DNA of 64,000 nt from Octopus vulgaris (Eukaryota), in NCBI GenBank assembly GCA_951406725.2, contig OX597822.1, forward strand, positions 1,116,001 to 1,180,000, read 5' to 3'. This document shows positions 1 through 12,971 of this stretch, one piece after another. The first letter of the stretch is position 1. Every line of letters starts with the position of its first letter. Under the pieces are notes generated by a model. The model was not told the origin of the DNA. It was given only the letters and a program-made list of their open reading frames with translations, and did not search any database. A program made the position numbers and the translations under genes.

Positions 1-35
1 AGACAGACAGCACACAACCTCTCTTTTATATATAA

Positions 36-38
<3 letters not shown>
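1..38 (-). mobile_element. 5' terminus of a non-autonomous Helitron that continues off the left edge
   Basis: Minus strand begins A|TCTTTATATATAAAAGAG, nearly identical to the 5' end of the complete element at 20308-20706; abuts (TA)n. Confidence 0.65.
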
Positions 39-81
<43 letters not shown>

Positions 82-92
82 GGTATGTGGAA

Positions 93-425
93 TCTTGGGC
101 AAGTATCTTCTACTATAGCCTTGGGCCAACTAAATCCTTGTAAGCAGATTTGTTAGACGAACGCTGAAAAAGCTCGTCGTATATATATGTGTGTGTATGT
201 GTTTGACCCCCCCATCCCCCCTGCACCGCTTGACAACCGGTGTTGGTATGTGTTTATGTCCCCATAACTTAGCGATTTAGCAAAAGATACCGACAGAATA
301 AGTAATCAGGCTTTAAAAAAAAGTAAGAACTGGAGTCGATTCCTAAAGATTCTTTACAGTATATGTACATACGTTTGTGGCGGTGCCACAGCATGGCCAC
401 AATCTCAATGCGGAAACATAAAAAG
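93..425 (+). mobile_element. tRNA-derived SINE family A, 5'-truncated
   Basis: cttgggcaagtatcttctactatagcc body and ggcggtgccacagcatggcc tail shared with many copies in the window. Confidence 0.75.
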
Positions 426-647
426 GAATAATGCATATATAAGTACTTTCTTTACTTGCATTGATGTACGCAATCAAGGGTTGTGTCGGTGATTCCTTGT
501 AGTGATTAGCACAGCTTTACGGTTTATTGCAGGCGCAGCGTTCGAATCCCAACTGTGATATTACCTTTGTCGGTCTTGTTTTTCTTTGTGGTCTATATAA
601 ATCCCTAACTCCCTCCCTCCCTCCCTAATCCTTACATACATTCATAC

Positions 648-1180
648 ATTATGATGCTCGTCCATTCGTGACCGAGGAAGACCATTGCTGACTTCTAGGA
701 ACATTGTACGCTCTAGGACTAATTTATATCATGCATTTGCGGATCCGTTGGTGGCTAATGAGCCCTGCTCTTGACAAGCATACGCCACTGCAAACATTGC
801 AGACCAAGCTTTCCCCATTCACTACACTAGCAGTGCGTTTTCGAGCGGTACCCTTAAATTCTTCATTCAAAATACGTGCTCTCACAAAGGTGCAATGCCT
901 GTGCAAGAAGATTTTTTTTTAAAGTGAGGAAAGGTTGAGTCAGTCCCATTCACTAAGCAACAGCAGCCATAATCCGAAAAGAAGAACAAATCAACATCAT
1001 CGGTAACCACTGAGCCGCAGGTTTTATGTCGGAGTTATCCCAGTTACCTGAGTTACCTTCTCCTAGAAGGATGCCCTAACCAAGGCTAGGACTCCTTCAC
1101 TCCCAATGGTTTAACCGCGCATCATACCAGCCTTAAGACATTTATTGGATGGCCGTTGACTCTCAAGAGTTCCTCCGCCC

Positions 1181-1182
<2 letters not shown>
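648..1182 (-). mobile_element. Bipartite (internally deleted) RTE-clade LINE derivative: 5' UTR joined to 3' end
   Basis: ORF 724-906 encodes CNVCSGVCLSRAGLISHQRIRKC, the RTE C-terminal Cys/His motif. 1040-1090 carries ttggttagggcatccttctaggagaaggtaactc, resembling RTE/Expander 5' UTRs. Flanked by (TACA)n. Confidence 0.6.
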
Positions 1183-1212
<30 letters not shown>

Positions 1213-1682
1213 CATACATACATACATACATACATACATACATGCCAACATGGATACATGAGATATACATACACATGTATACACGTACGTATACACCAGT
1301 ACATTACATTTATGTGTATGCTTCTGTGTGTGTGTGTGTGTGTGTGCTTTACATTATATTCATGATTTATTTTACTGATATTTTTGTTTCGGCCAATTAA
1401 TTTGTTAATTTGTTATTTTATGTATGTCTTTATGGATCTATCAACGTATTTGTATGTAATGTAGCAGATACATACATAAATATATACAAAAATATATGCA
1501 TGTATGAAAAGTATGCATATACGTATATTCATATGTATGAATACACGCGCGCGCGCGCACACACACACACATACACACACAGATATATATAATGTCCATA
1601 CATATAAGTATACATATATACATACTTGGCAGCAGTCAAATGACTGAAACAAGTAAAAGACAGAAAGAGAGATATACATACA

Positions 1683-2035
1683 CACGACGAGCTTCTTCCA
1701 GTTTCCGTCTCCTAAATCCACTCACAATGCTTTGGTCGGTCCGAAGCTATAGTAGAAGAAACTTGCCCAAGGTGCTACGCAGTGAGATCGAACCTGGAAC
1801 CGTGTGGTTGTGAATCAAGCTTCTTACTACAAAGCCACTGTTTGCGAGGTGGTGTGATGTTTTACTGTATGCGTTTGTTTCGATGATGTGAGGTGGGGTA
1901 GCAAATCGACCCCAGGACTTATTCTTTGTATGCCTAGTACTTACTCTATCGGTCTCTTTTGCCGAACTGCTAAGATACGGAGACGTAAACACACCAGCAT
2001 CAGTTGTCAAGCGATGTTGGGAGGACAAACACAGA
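1683..2035 (-). mobile_element. SINE family A fragments (head and tail parts)
   Basis: Reverse complement of the family A head (1683-1835) and tail (1866-2035). Confidence 0.7.
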
Positions 2036-2341
2036 CACACAAACACACACACATATATATATATAAGACGAAACTCCCGCATGGTCGCAGTAAAATGACT
2101 GAAACCGGTAAAGGATTAACTATCAACCAGCATCACTTCAACCACAGTTATCCCATTACGACATCACACTACACCACAGCCAACCATTACACCATACCAT
2201 CTTGCCACCACTTTACGTATCCCAGATCACGCCACTTCCAGCTCACTATGACACCACGCTTCATACCATTCCACTTAAGACCACCACCACCACCACAACC
2301 ACCACCATCACCACCACCACCACCACCACCACCACCACCAC

Positions 2342-2640
2342 TATTTGGCTCATGGCCGTAAGGTCACAAGTTCGATTCCTGGCAGTGCATTGTGCCCCCT
2401 TGAGCAAGACTCTTTATTTCACGTTGCTTCAGTTCATTCAATTGGCAGAAATGAGTTCTAACAGTATTTCAAAGGGCCAGCCTTGTCGTGTTCTGTGTCA
2501 CGCTGAATCTCCCTGAGAACTACGTTAGGGGTACACATGTCTGTGGAGTGCTCAGCTAATTACACGGTAATTTCACGTGCAGGCTGTTCCGTTGATTTGA
2601 TCAACTTGAAATCTTGTCGTAACCGACTGAGAGCCAGGAC
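2342..2640 (+). mobile_element. tRNA-derived SINE family C
   Basis: B-box-like gttcgattcc followed by cttgagcaagactctttatttcacgttgc; related copy at 24278-24570. Confidence 0.6.
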
Positions 2641-3313
2641 TGCAAGAAGGTACCATCGTAACACAGCACCACCAATCCTCTAGCCTAATTCAACATTACA
2701 CCTTCAATCTACCAGATTATAGCTTCAACACCACACCACTACACCAGCACCGTTTATACCAATGCGATGGAATATACATACACAGCCCCCAAAGACTTAT
2801 TGAAGTCTCAGCCTATTTCCTTGTAAAAGCTTGTTTAGGGTTGCAAAGATTTCCGTTTAAAATATTCTTTGTTGCCTTTTCTCTATCCTTTCATTTCTCT
2901 GTCCTATTGTTAAACCTTCATTCATTTTCCCCTTCTTTCTTAACTATATTCATTCTCTGTTACTTCGTTCGTTTGTTTGTTTCTTTCTTACTTTCTTTCT
3001 ATCTTTACTGTTTTATTTTAATTATATTTCTTTATTCAATTCTGTATAGCTTATTAAAGTTTCAACAGAGAGTGCAGTGATTGCTGTTAAGCGAGAAAGT
3101 TTACCAAATAATTACGTTTCGCGGTTCTCATTATAATGAAATCTTAATATCTTTTACAAGTCATTTAATGTTAATGAATATACGTATAATTATACAATAT
3201 ACACACTGGAAAATGTATATATAGTACAAAGACGCAGGTCTACATATGCATACATATATCAGACACGAATGTATGTGTAACTACAATATATGTGCGTATG
3301 TGTGTGTGTACAC

Positions 3314-3431
<118 letters not shown>

Positions 3432-3614
3432 TTATAGATATATATGTGTGCATACATGTATATGTGTGTGTGTATATATATATATATATGCATTTATAGA
3501 TATACATATATATGCGTGTGCATATATGTGTATATGTATATTAATTACCCAAAGTACTAAATAAATGATTTGGATAACTTGAAATGTATAGGATTTCCTT
3601 TTGTGTTTATATGA

Positions 3615-3657
<43 letters not shown>

Positions 3658-4240
3658 TGTTTGGCTGTCTACACAACTATATACGGACACCTGACTCACG
3701 TTGTTTACACTTTGATGTCAATGTTCTGTTTGAGTCTGTGGCAAATGATTTCGATTAGTGCCTGACACATCCATGGAGTCGCTGATGTTTGTGATACTCT
3801 GTCATCAAGCACCGCCTTTTACACTGATTTATCGGAGCAAGGTGCAGTGAGAGCGAACAACTTAAAGAGACGTGGGGTCGAATGACAACTGGGCCTGTCT
3901 ACGATGTGATCTAAGTGCAATCTGAGCTTGTAGTCGCAAGGTGTATGTATGTATGTATGTATGTATGTATGTATGTATGTATGCATGTATGTATGCATGT
4001 ATGAATGTATGTATGTATGTGTATGCATGTGTGTAAGCTTTTATGAATATTTGTTAATGTATAGTATATGTATTATATGTATACTATCTAAATGTGTGTA
4101 CGTTTATAAGCATAAAGGTATCCTGTGCATGTGTTTATATATATATATATATGCACACACTTTATTAATAAAGCTTATTACTCTACCTCCGGTATTCGAG
4201 TACTATTTTTCCAACCTTGTTTCACGACAATGTGCTTACT

Positions 4241-4272
<32 letters not shown>

Positions 4273-4274
4273 CA

Positions 4275-4879
4275 TTCCTACTCCACCTTCTCATCCCCCA
4301 TCCTATCCCATACACCCTCTCCCACATACCCCACCTCTACCCCCACCCTCTGCCTACCCACAAACCCCAACTCTACCCCAACCCTCAGCCGAACCCACAT
4401 CCCACCGTGCTTGCCCCACTCTCGCCTCCCCCACCTCCCAACAACATCACACCACACCACACTACACCGTACAACATTACACATCACATCACAGCACACC
4501 ACCCACACACCCATCCCCACATTTTCACACCTACACATACATACACGCACACGTCCAGACCACCAGCCCTCTTTCACACGCACATACATACTCTCTTATA
4601 CACGCACGCACCTTCGTGTTGGGGGTCATCTTTACTTTGTTATCTCCCCTACTTTTCCTCTCGTGTGTGACCCTTCTGTCCGAGTCAGCGCCATAATGGA
4701 TCGTTAGCCACTACACACATTTTTTCTCTCCTTGTTTCTCTCCTTGTTTTTTGTGTGTCCCTTTCTGTAGAAGAGCGTAGGCTCGAAATGTAAAAGACTT
4801 TTTCTATTCCTGAGCGCGTAATACTAATACATTTGTTTGTTTTGTACACCACCTGTCTTTTTTTCGTAAACTCTCCCTA

Positions 4880-4880
<1 letters not shown>
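4275..4880 (+). mobile_element. Solo 3' end/pseudo-LTR of the Penelope-like element
   Basis: Colinear with 36600-37260 (C-rich tract, cacgcaccttcgt, gatcg-tagccact, gaagagcgtaggctc); flanked by (TA)n. Confidence 0.75.
4757..4798 (+). ncRNA. Minimal hammerhead-ribozyme-like motif, family 1 (variant core)
   Basis: CTTT-CTGTAGAA-GAGC gtag GCTC-GAAAT-GTA-AAAG: stem I CTTT/AAAG, stem II GAGC/GCTC. Confidence 0.5.
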
Positions 4881-4912
<32 letters not shown>

Positions 4913-5136
4913 ATATATATAAGCTTTTTAACTTGTTTCAGTTCCAAACGTGTGGCCATGCTGAGGAAGTGGTGAAAAGTACACAGGGATCACCTCGTCT
5001 GCTTGGAGCCTCGTGGAGCTTTTAGGTGTTTTCGCTCAATAAACACACACAATGTCTGGGAATCGAAACCGCGATCCTCCGACCGCAAGTCCGCTGCCTA
5101 ACCACTCGGCCAAAGTCTCTTCCTCTATATATATAT

Positions 5137-5220
<84 letters not shown>

Positions 5221-5418
5221 CATTTTTAACTTGTTTCAGTTGCAAACGTGTGGTCATGCTGGGAAGTATCAATGCACGTGACCCTCGTCTCTTGGATCAC
5301 TATGTTACTAGGATGGAATTATGTTGGTGCAGCTACTCTGGCATTTTTCGGCAAAGTCTCTTCCTCTTTCTTCTCAAAACCTCTACAAATAACTCCAACT
5401 AGATGGAACTCACTGCAT

Positions 5419-5729
5419 GTAATCAACGATTCCATATCTTCAAGTCTCATATTCAGGATGTGAAATATATCTGGCTTCTGGGTTGCTTCTTTTATATTGG
5501 TCAAATTTTCTACAATTTACCGCCAAACATTTTTTTGTCAGTTACGCTTCCAAGTCAGAAATCTCGTGGTAATTTGTTTTATTGTCTTGTAATGTACGTA
5601 GGTCCGTAGTTTGCAGCCGAATTTTTGATCGTTCGCCTTAAAACATATAAATGTGTGTATTTGTGCGTGTGCGCGCGTATGTGTATACATATGTGTGCAT
5701 GTGTGTGTGTTTAAATAACAGAAACATAA
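5419..5729. repeat. ~310 bp direct repeat, copy 1 (copy 2 at 8476-8781)
   Basis: taatcaacgattccatatcttcaag...aaataacagaaacata is near-identical at both sites. Confidence 0.85.
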
Positions 5730-6041
5730 GCAGTCTGAGGGTATTTCATATATTTCTATAGCGTTTTTGCCAAGTTTAACACAAAACTTCGCTGCACTCT
5801 GAGCTTTCGAACTGTTTTTACGTCACAGCTGCATTCTGCAAACTAGTCAGCTGTGACAAGGACTTTTTTGTCGGAAATGTTCGATGTGCTGTTACAGCTG
5901 TCTCCTTCAGTCTGTAATAACAAAAGTTAACAAGTCAGCTTGGTAGATGTATAGTAGTGATATACTAAAATTACAATAATCTAGGACAGTATTAACAGCC
6001 TTTTCTAAAAAGGACTCAAAACTTCCGGAATGTATCTTGTA
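5726..6041 (-). mobile_element. Mariner 5' fragment (TIR plus transposase N-terminus)
   Basis: Minus strand encodes AKFCVKLGKNAIEIYEI, like the mariner N-terminal HTH; TIR-like tacaagatacattccggaagttttgag at ~6015-6041. Confidence 0.65.
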
Positions 6042-6052
6042 TATTTTGTGTA

Positions 6053-6195
6053 TACTCTTTTACTCTTTTACTTGTTTCACTTATTTGATTGCGGCCATGC
6101 TGTAGCACCGCCTTTAGTCGAGGAAATCGACCCCAGGACTTATTCTTTGTAAGTCTAGTACTTATTCTATTTGTGCCCTTTTGCCGAACCGCTAC
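6053..6195 (-). mobile_element. SINE family A tail
   Basis: Reverse complement of the ggcggtgct-cagcatggccgca...gaaacaagtaaaagag tail. Confidence 0.75.
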
Positions 6196-7010
6196 CTTGG
6201 TACCTCGACCCAAAGCGCTGCGAAGGTTTTGTGGGACAAAGTTAATGGAAATGCGTTGAAATACTCATTTTTCACACTAGCTTTACAAGCAGGCCAACGG
6301 ATGCAATATTCTCGTCAATTCCTAAGGACTTATAGTAATCATCATTGGCAATAAGAGAGATAACCAGGCATACATATTGATATACGTATTCCATTAGTCT
6401 ACATATCCTACGTCTGGTCGACAATCTTTCCTTGATTAAATACAAAATATGGTCTAACTCCATTACTGTGTCTTGCAAGAATGTTGTAACCAGTTCTGTT
6501 TCTCAATGTCGTGAATATTACACGAGAACAGTTTATGTTCATCATCAACAACAACAAGTGTGTATAATTTCAATAGGATCTCCTCGGCAGATCCTATCAT
6601 GTAGCCTTTGTATTTCCTCAACAAGGCTGACAAAGGGTTCACTGCTAGGGCGAAAATCATTATAGACAAGCTAAAATATTCTGTTAATGGCTCTAATAGT
6701 CGCTACATTTCTTGTCGATCGTGACGCTGCCTGTCTCATTACGGTCTCGACGATAGCAGTTGGAATTTTTACAAAGTGTAGTGACTCTCTCATCTATGTG
6801 TAAAATTTCTTCTCTCAGTATAGTCAGTAGCTTTCGGTAGTGTTGTTTTGTTTCCTTGATGACAGCTTTGTGGTTGAGGAGATGGTGTGTACAGTTCAAA
6901 AGCATTTTTGCTTTTCAGCTGTACTCACAATCTCCTCAACAACGAAGCTTCCTGTACATCAATCTCCATGTTTCTTTCGCATTGATCCTGGAAAAAGCAT
7001 TCAAACCACC
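6196..7010 (-). pseudogene. Degraded RT of an RLE-type (R4/Dong-like) non-LTR retrotransposon
   Basis: Fragments LLNHKAVIKETKQHYRKL, IFALAVNPLSALL, VVVDD-KLF, YKSLGIDE, in order across frameshifts. Confidence 0.6.
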
Positions 7011-7026
7011 CTTGTATAGATTATAA

Positions 7027-7291
7027 CAGTATTTCTCAACCGTTTTTCATTATCTATGAATCCTTAAGATTTCTATTTTACTCTACAACACCCTCGTGGC
7101 CATTTGATTTTTAAAAAATTCCCAGTATATTTTAATGATTTAATAATATTAGGACTTGTATAAAAAAAAATATTCGTTGAAATATTTTGGGTATTGTACA
7201 AGTGTGACCAATTTATTGCACATAGTTTTTAAGAACAAAATCTTGTATGCCCCTCCACAAGGGTCATGTGAACACCAGTTAAGAACCACTG
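7027..7291. mobile_element. hAT (Charlie/MER5-like) MITE
   Basis: Imperfect TIRs cagtatttctcaacc / agttaagaaccactg; 8-bp TSD gattataa / aattataa. Confidence 0.75.
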
Positions 7292-7554
7292 AATTATAAT
7301 ATCGAATTCATGCAGATCATCGGCCTGTGGTTTTTCGCTCCGTGTAACGTAACTCGTGGCTTTTAGTTGGTGTTGATGTATGTGCAACCGTTAACGAGCG
7401 TTTATAGTCGCTGTGAAAATGTCAACCGCGTACGGCCTCTAGGACTCAGGATCTCTTTTCCCATAACCAACTGTTAGGCCTCTCGCGGTAGATTTGTGAA
7501 ACAATCTGGACAGTTTCACTGATAAATATATGTTTTGGTGATATATGTTTAAAG

Positions 7555-7945
7555 ACGGCGAGGAGCTGGCAGAAGCGTTAGCACGCCGGGCGAAATGATC
7601 AGCAGTATTTCGTCTGTCGCTACGTTCACAGTTCAGATTCCGCCGAGGTCGACTTTGCCTTAAATAAGTACCAGTTACGCGCTGGGGTCGATATAATCGA
7701 CTTAATCCGTTTCTCTGTCCTTGTTTGTCCCTTCTGTGTTTATCCCCTTGTGGGTAGTAACGAAATAGGTATTTCGTCTACCGCTACATTATGAGTTCAA
7801 ATTCCGTCAAGGTCGACTTTGCCTTTCATCATTTCGGGGTCGATAAAATATATACCAGTTATGCACTGGTGTCAATGTAATCGACTTAATTCCTTGTTTG
7901 TCCCCTCTATGTTTAGCCCCTTGTGGGAAATAAAGAAATAAATAT
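7555..7945 (+). mobile_element. tRNA-derived SINE family B with tandem-duplicated body
   Basis: gagctggcagaa-cgttagcacgccgggcgaaatg head, gttcaaattcc B box, gcctttcatc-tttcggggtcgataaa core resembling the Meta-SINE domain. Confidence 0.8.
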
Positions 7946-8041
7946 GTTTTGGGAAAAAAGTTTGCGTTTCGGAGTTCATTTGATTACATTACTGATTTGT
8001 TGTTTGTTAAAATTCCAAACAGATCCTGCGCAGAGCACACG

Positions 8042-8126
<85 letters not shown>

Positions 8127-8475
8127 TTTACATAATGAGAATGTAAAAACTTGGAAAGACGTCGAATAACTCGCCATTATCGGTGGAACAGGAGCTCAAA
8201 GTATATAAAGCTAATCCTTTGAATTGAATAAATCGAAAGTAGCCTTCGAATTTTTCTGTCAAAAGGGTTATTTTTTAACGCAATATTAACTCTCTATCAT
8301 CTATAGCTTTATCTACTTCGAGTTCCGTATTTGAAAACTGTATCTGCTTGTGAAAGTCTATGTGTGTCTGTTCAATTAAAATCACGATTATGTTCGAGTT
8401 TTATAATTAAAGATTTTTGGTATTTTCGTATAAAGTTCTTGCAGTCTGTCTTGAACAATGACGTTCCTAGTTCCA

Positions 8476-8781
8476 TAATCAACGATTCCATATCTTCAAG
8501 TCTCATATTCAGGATGTGAAATATATCTGGCTTCTGGGTTGCTTCTTTTATATTGGTCAAATTTTCTACAATTTATCGGCAAACATTTTTTGTCAGTTAC
8601 GCTTCCACGTCAGAAATCTCGTGGTAATTTGTTTTATTGTCTTGTAATGTACGTAGGTCCGTAGTTTGCAGCCGAATTTTTGATCGTTCGCCTTAAAACA
8701 TATAAATGTGTGTATTTGTGCGTGTGCGCGCGTATGTGGATACATATGTGTGCATGTGTGTGTTTAAATAACAGAAACATA
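8476..8781. repeat. ~310 bp direct repeat, copy 2
   Basis: Matches 5419-5729. Confidence 0.85.
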
Positions 8782-8825
8782 TATATCAATAAATATAAAT
8801 GTATTCACTCACACATATCTACATG

Positions 8826-8864
<39 letters not shown>

Positions 8865-9039
8865 TATACATATATATATGTGTATGTGTATATATATGTG
8901 TATGTGTATGTCTGTGTATATGTGTGTGCGCGCTTGGATATATTTGTGTGTGTGTATATATATGTATGCATGTATGTATACACAAACATATATGCATATA
9001 TATGAATACTTATTTATATATATATATTCACATATTTGC

Positions 9040-9118
<79 letters not shown>

Positions 9119-10744
9119 AAGGAAACAAATATTAACAAAAACAATTCAATATTTCAATTTTTACGGAATTCAATGTGGAAAATATTTATTCCGACATATT
9201 TTCACTGTTGAAGAACTGTCCCGGAACAAAGACAAAAACAAAAATAAAGCTGCACATGCCCACTTAACGTCATATTGCATACTGTGTGAGGTTTAAGAGA
9301 GAATATAGCAACACTTGATGTCATATATTGCAGACTCTGTGAGTTTTATGAGAGAATAGCAGCGATTTGTTTAGTTATGACAATTAAATTTTGAACACAT
9401 AATGGCTTTTCCTCGCATGGCTTCCGGAAACTGTGTGATTTGGTGGCAATAATAATGTTCAGTTACGTTAACAACACCGACAACTATAACAACGACTAGA
9501 CTACGATTACAGCTACATTAAGTATTGTTAGAGCATTACTGTTGTAAGAATAACGACAACAACTACAGCGTTCATAATAGTCTTATCATGGAAGCTTATT
9601 AGAGTTAAGTCATCAAAGTTAAAAAAAAACTGCAAGAGAAACAGTAAAAATTATTTCAAACAATTAAAACAGCAACATATTGCATTAACAATCCCATCTC
9701 CCACAACAACAACAACAATATTGACATGAACATCAACACAACATTTATTGAAATTATTTAACAAAAAAAATTAAGAAAATATTAACACCGTATATTGAGC
9801 AACATTAACGAAACAACAACAAAATGTTTACGACTGATGGACAAATAAATAAAGGAAAATGAGAATCTGAAAGAAAATCACGAATAACGAGAATAATAAT
9901 AATAATCAAAACAATAACGACAGTGGCAATAACAATACCATCATCATCATCATCAACAACAACAACAACAGTATTAACTACAGTAACAAGGGTAATAATA
10001 AAGATAGTAATATAAACAGAATGATCGTAATAACAGAGAGGGGAATGATCTACAATAATAACATATAACTAAGACAACAACAAACATAATGTTCGATATA
10101 ACGACACAATAAGAGCAATTACAACGATAATAATGTTGTAAAAACAATAATAATAATAATAGCAACTCTAGCAACAACAACAATGATCGCAAACATAACA
10201 GTAATAATTACTTTAATAATGACAACAATAAAAACTTAATTTCAACAGTAACGGGAGGAGTATTTATTTATGCGCCCTTTTCAGGCCTAGAATTTGGTCT
10301 CCCTCTGATATTTAGTTTGTCTTCAACACAGCAACCGAATGAGATGTTATTTCAAGAAAAATACTGTCGTAAGTAGTGTGTATATATTATGATTGATAAA
10401 CAACTCTCTCCCCTATGTGTGTGTGTGTGTGTCTGTTTGTGCGCGCGTGCGTGTGTATGTGTGTGTATATGTACAACACATACGCATGCACAAATCGTTC
10501 TTTGAATCATTTTGTACCTTCTGCCAATTAAGAATAACAGTCTGAAGTATTGGCACAAGTGGTGCGGTAAATCGATTACATAAAGCAGAGCTTCCTACCC
10601 TGAGGTCAGCGGACCCCTGGTTGTCCACAAAGGTAGTACTGGGGAGAACGTGAACTAAATTCAAAATCTCATACACACACACATACACACATACACATAC
10701 ACACACACATACACACACATACACACACACACACACACACACAT

Positions 10745-10900
10745 AAGGGTAAGCATATTAAAAGGGAGATGCTTCTTTGTGTTGTTTGTTTTGTTTCCCA
10801 TTTGTGTCTTTCGTTGTTCGAAAGAATAGTTTATGTTCCATGTACTCGTACTTCGTACTTTTTTGTTGTACAACTTTCGTGACGTCCTGTGCCCATATAT
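10745..10900 (+). mobile_element. Short dispersed repeat related to 49100-49310 (possibly PLE pseudo-LTR derived)
   Basis: gtctttcgttgtt...ttccatgta-tcgt-cttcgta...gacgtcctgtgccca is the reverse complement of part of 49105-49200. Confidence 0.55.
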
Positions 10901-10926
10901 GCATATATATATATATATATGTGTGA

Positions 10927-11220
10927 TAGCCTGGGCTCCAGAGGCCCACAGCTCTTCAATATCCTCCCGAAGGACCTGAGAGACCTGCATGGGGTGGATG
11001 CAGATGTCTTTAAAATAAAACTGGATCTCTTCCTGTGAGGTGTCCCAGATGAACCAACTTCACGGCAGGAAGTGCAGATGAGGGCAGCTGCATCGAACTC
11101 TCTCATGCGCCAGATGGCAATTGCTAAAAAGCATTCGTGAAGTAAAATCATGTAGCAACACCAAATGGCGGTGCCCCAGCATGGCTACAGCTCGTGAGCT
11201 GAAACTAGATAAAATTAAAA
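10927..11220 (+). mobile_element. 3' end of a CR1/L2-group LINE
   Basis: Encodes SLGSRGPQLFNILPKDLRDLHGVDADVFKIKLDLFL*GVPDEP, the typical CR1-group ORF2 C-terminus, followed by a 3' UTR. Confidence 0.7.
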
Positions 11221-11238
11221 TATATATATATATATATT

Positions 11239-11291
<53 letters not shown>

Positions 11292-11780
11292 GTATACATA
11301 TATATATATATATAGTGTGTGTGTGTACGTATAGATGTAAGTAAGGTACGTATACGCATGTATATATGCATGGTCGGATTGGTGCATGTTTTTGTAAGTC
11401 AATACCGTGTTCCAGATGAAACACGTCAGATATGAAACGTAATGTCCCTGTTCCATCTACTCCGCGTAACGGATATCTTGAACCTAGATGTCCAATATCG
11501 GAAATTCAAATTAGGTTCATATAACCTAAACAACACCTCCAAGCAGTTGTCTATCATAAAAATTAACGATTTATAATAGAAACAGATTTGCTGTTTACAC
11601 TCGTTTTATATTCCTTGGAAAGCATTGCCTGTCTTGCTTCGTGCAGGGAAACAAGTATATATGAATACTGAGATAGTCATCAGTTGTGTACATACATACA
11701 TACATACATACATACATACACACATACACACACATACATACATACATACACATACATATACACAGACATACATACATACA

Positions 11781-11812
<32 letters not shown>

Positions 11813-12971
11813 CACATACATGCATACATACATACATACATACATACATACATACACACATACATACACATACATACATATATATGCATCTCCTATGATA
11901 AAAGGCAGATTTTCTCTGCCTGTTCCCATGTTTCTTTTTAATACAATTCTACAATATAGAATTTCTTCAACTGGAATTTACCTATGATTTTTCCAAGTAG
12001 ATTCGATTGGGTCATGGCATGTAAAGTTTTTTCAAATTGACACCCAATTAAGCAAAAATTCGAGAAAACTCAATATTTTACGATTTCCCTCTCTCATTTC
12101 AAGTGGTTTACTCCTGCTATTACCACCACACTTTCTCCTACTTTCTCTTTGCAAGTGTGAAAGTATTAAAGTGAAAGTATTATATAACAGGGATGAGCCA
12201 TTAATACTGGTCATCCTTTTTGCTAGAGGAAGATCCGCTATGGTCTTATATGCTACACCACTGGTTTTTCAATTCATATTTATCAAATTAATATTCAATT
12301 TTTCACCCTTATCATGTGTGTGTGTGTGTGTGTGTGTGTGTATTAGCAATTCGTATAAAATTGCATCAATGACTTGAACTTGAATAAGTGGTTTCACATA
12401 AATGGGGATAAATTAAAAAGATGTGTTGTTATTATTATTACTGTTTGACAATTGTAATCACGTTTGTTGGTTCCTCGTCAGGGAAACGTTGTTGTGTTGC
12501 ATTTGTTAAATAATTGTAAACCGTAACCCTCCCCCTTTCGGAGAAGGGGCTTTGGTTATTGTTTAAAAATTGAATTGTGTCCCTGTTTGGGGAAATTGAC
12601 AATATTTTCACCGTCTTTACGGAAGCATTTTTGTTAAAATGCCTTCGATAGAAGAAAGTCCAAAAATGAATTTCGCTGCAGCCGTACATTTCTATACAAG
12701 AGGGAGGACAAGATCCAATTGATCGAAATTGCAAGAGACGGGCCTACAATTCCAGTCTGTTATATATTTTGAGTATTGTTATCACTAGCGATATCAAGAT
12801 ATAACTTTGTATTTTGTATTTTGTGTAGATGTATATATATAGATGTACATGTAATATGTACACATATATATATATACATATATACATGCATAATATATCT
12901 ACTCATACACACATACGCACACACACACACACAAATACATAGGGGCAGGTGTGGCTGTGTGGTAACAAACT

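Noticed and set aside
490-560. Possible tRNA gene (gtagtgattagc...gttcgaatccc)
   Set aside because: Box-like motifs only, with no convincing cloverleaf; more likely a decayed SINE head, like the other tRNA-like heads here
5419-8781. LTR retrotransposon
   Set aside because: The direct repeats lack TG...CA ends, PBS/PPT and internal gag/pol
12455-12495. Minus-strand CTGACGAG as a hammerhead
   Set aside because: No GAAA half or stem I pairing in register
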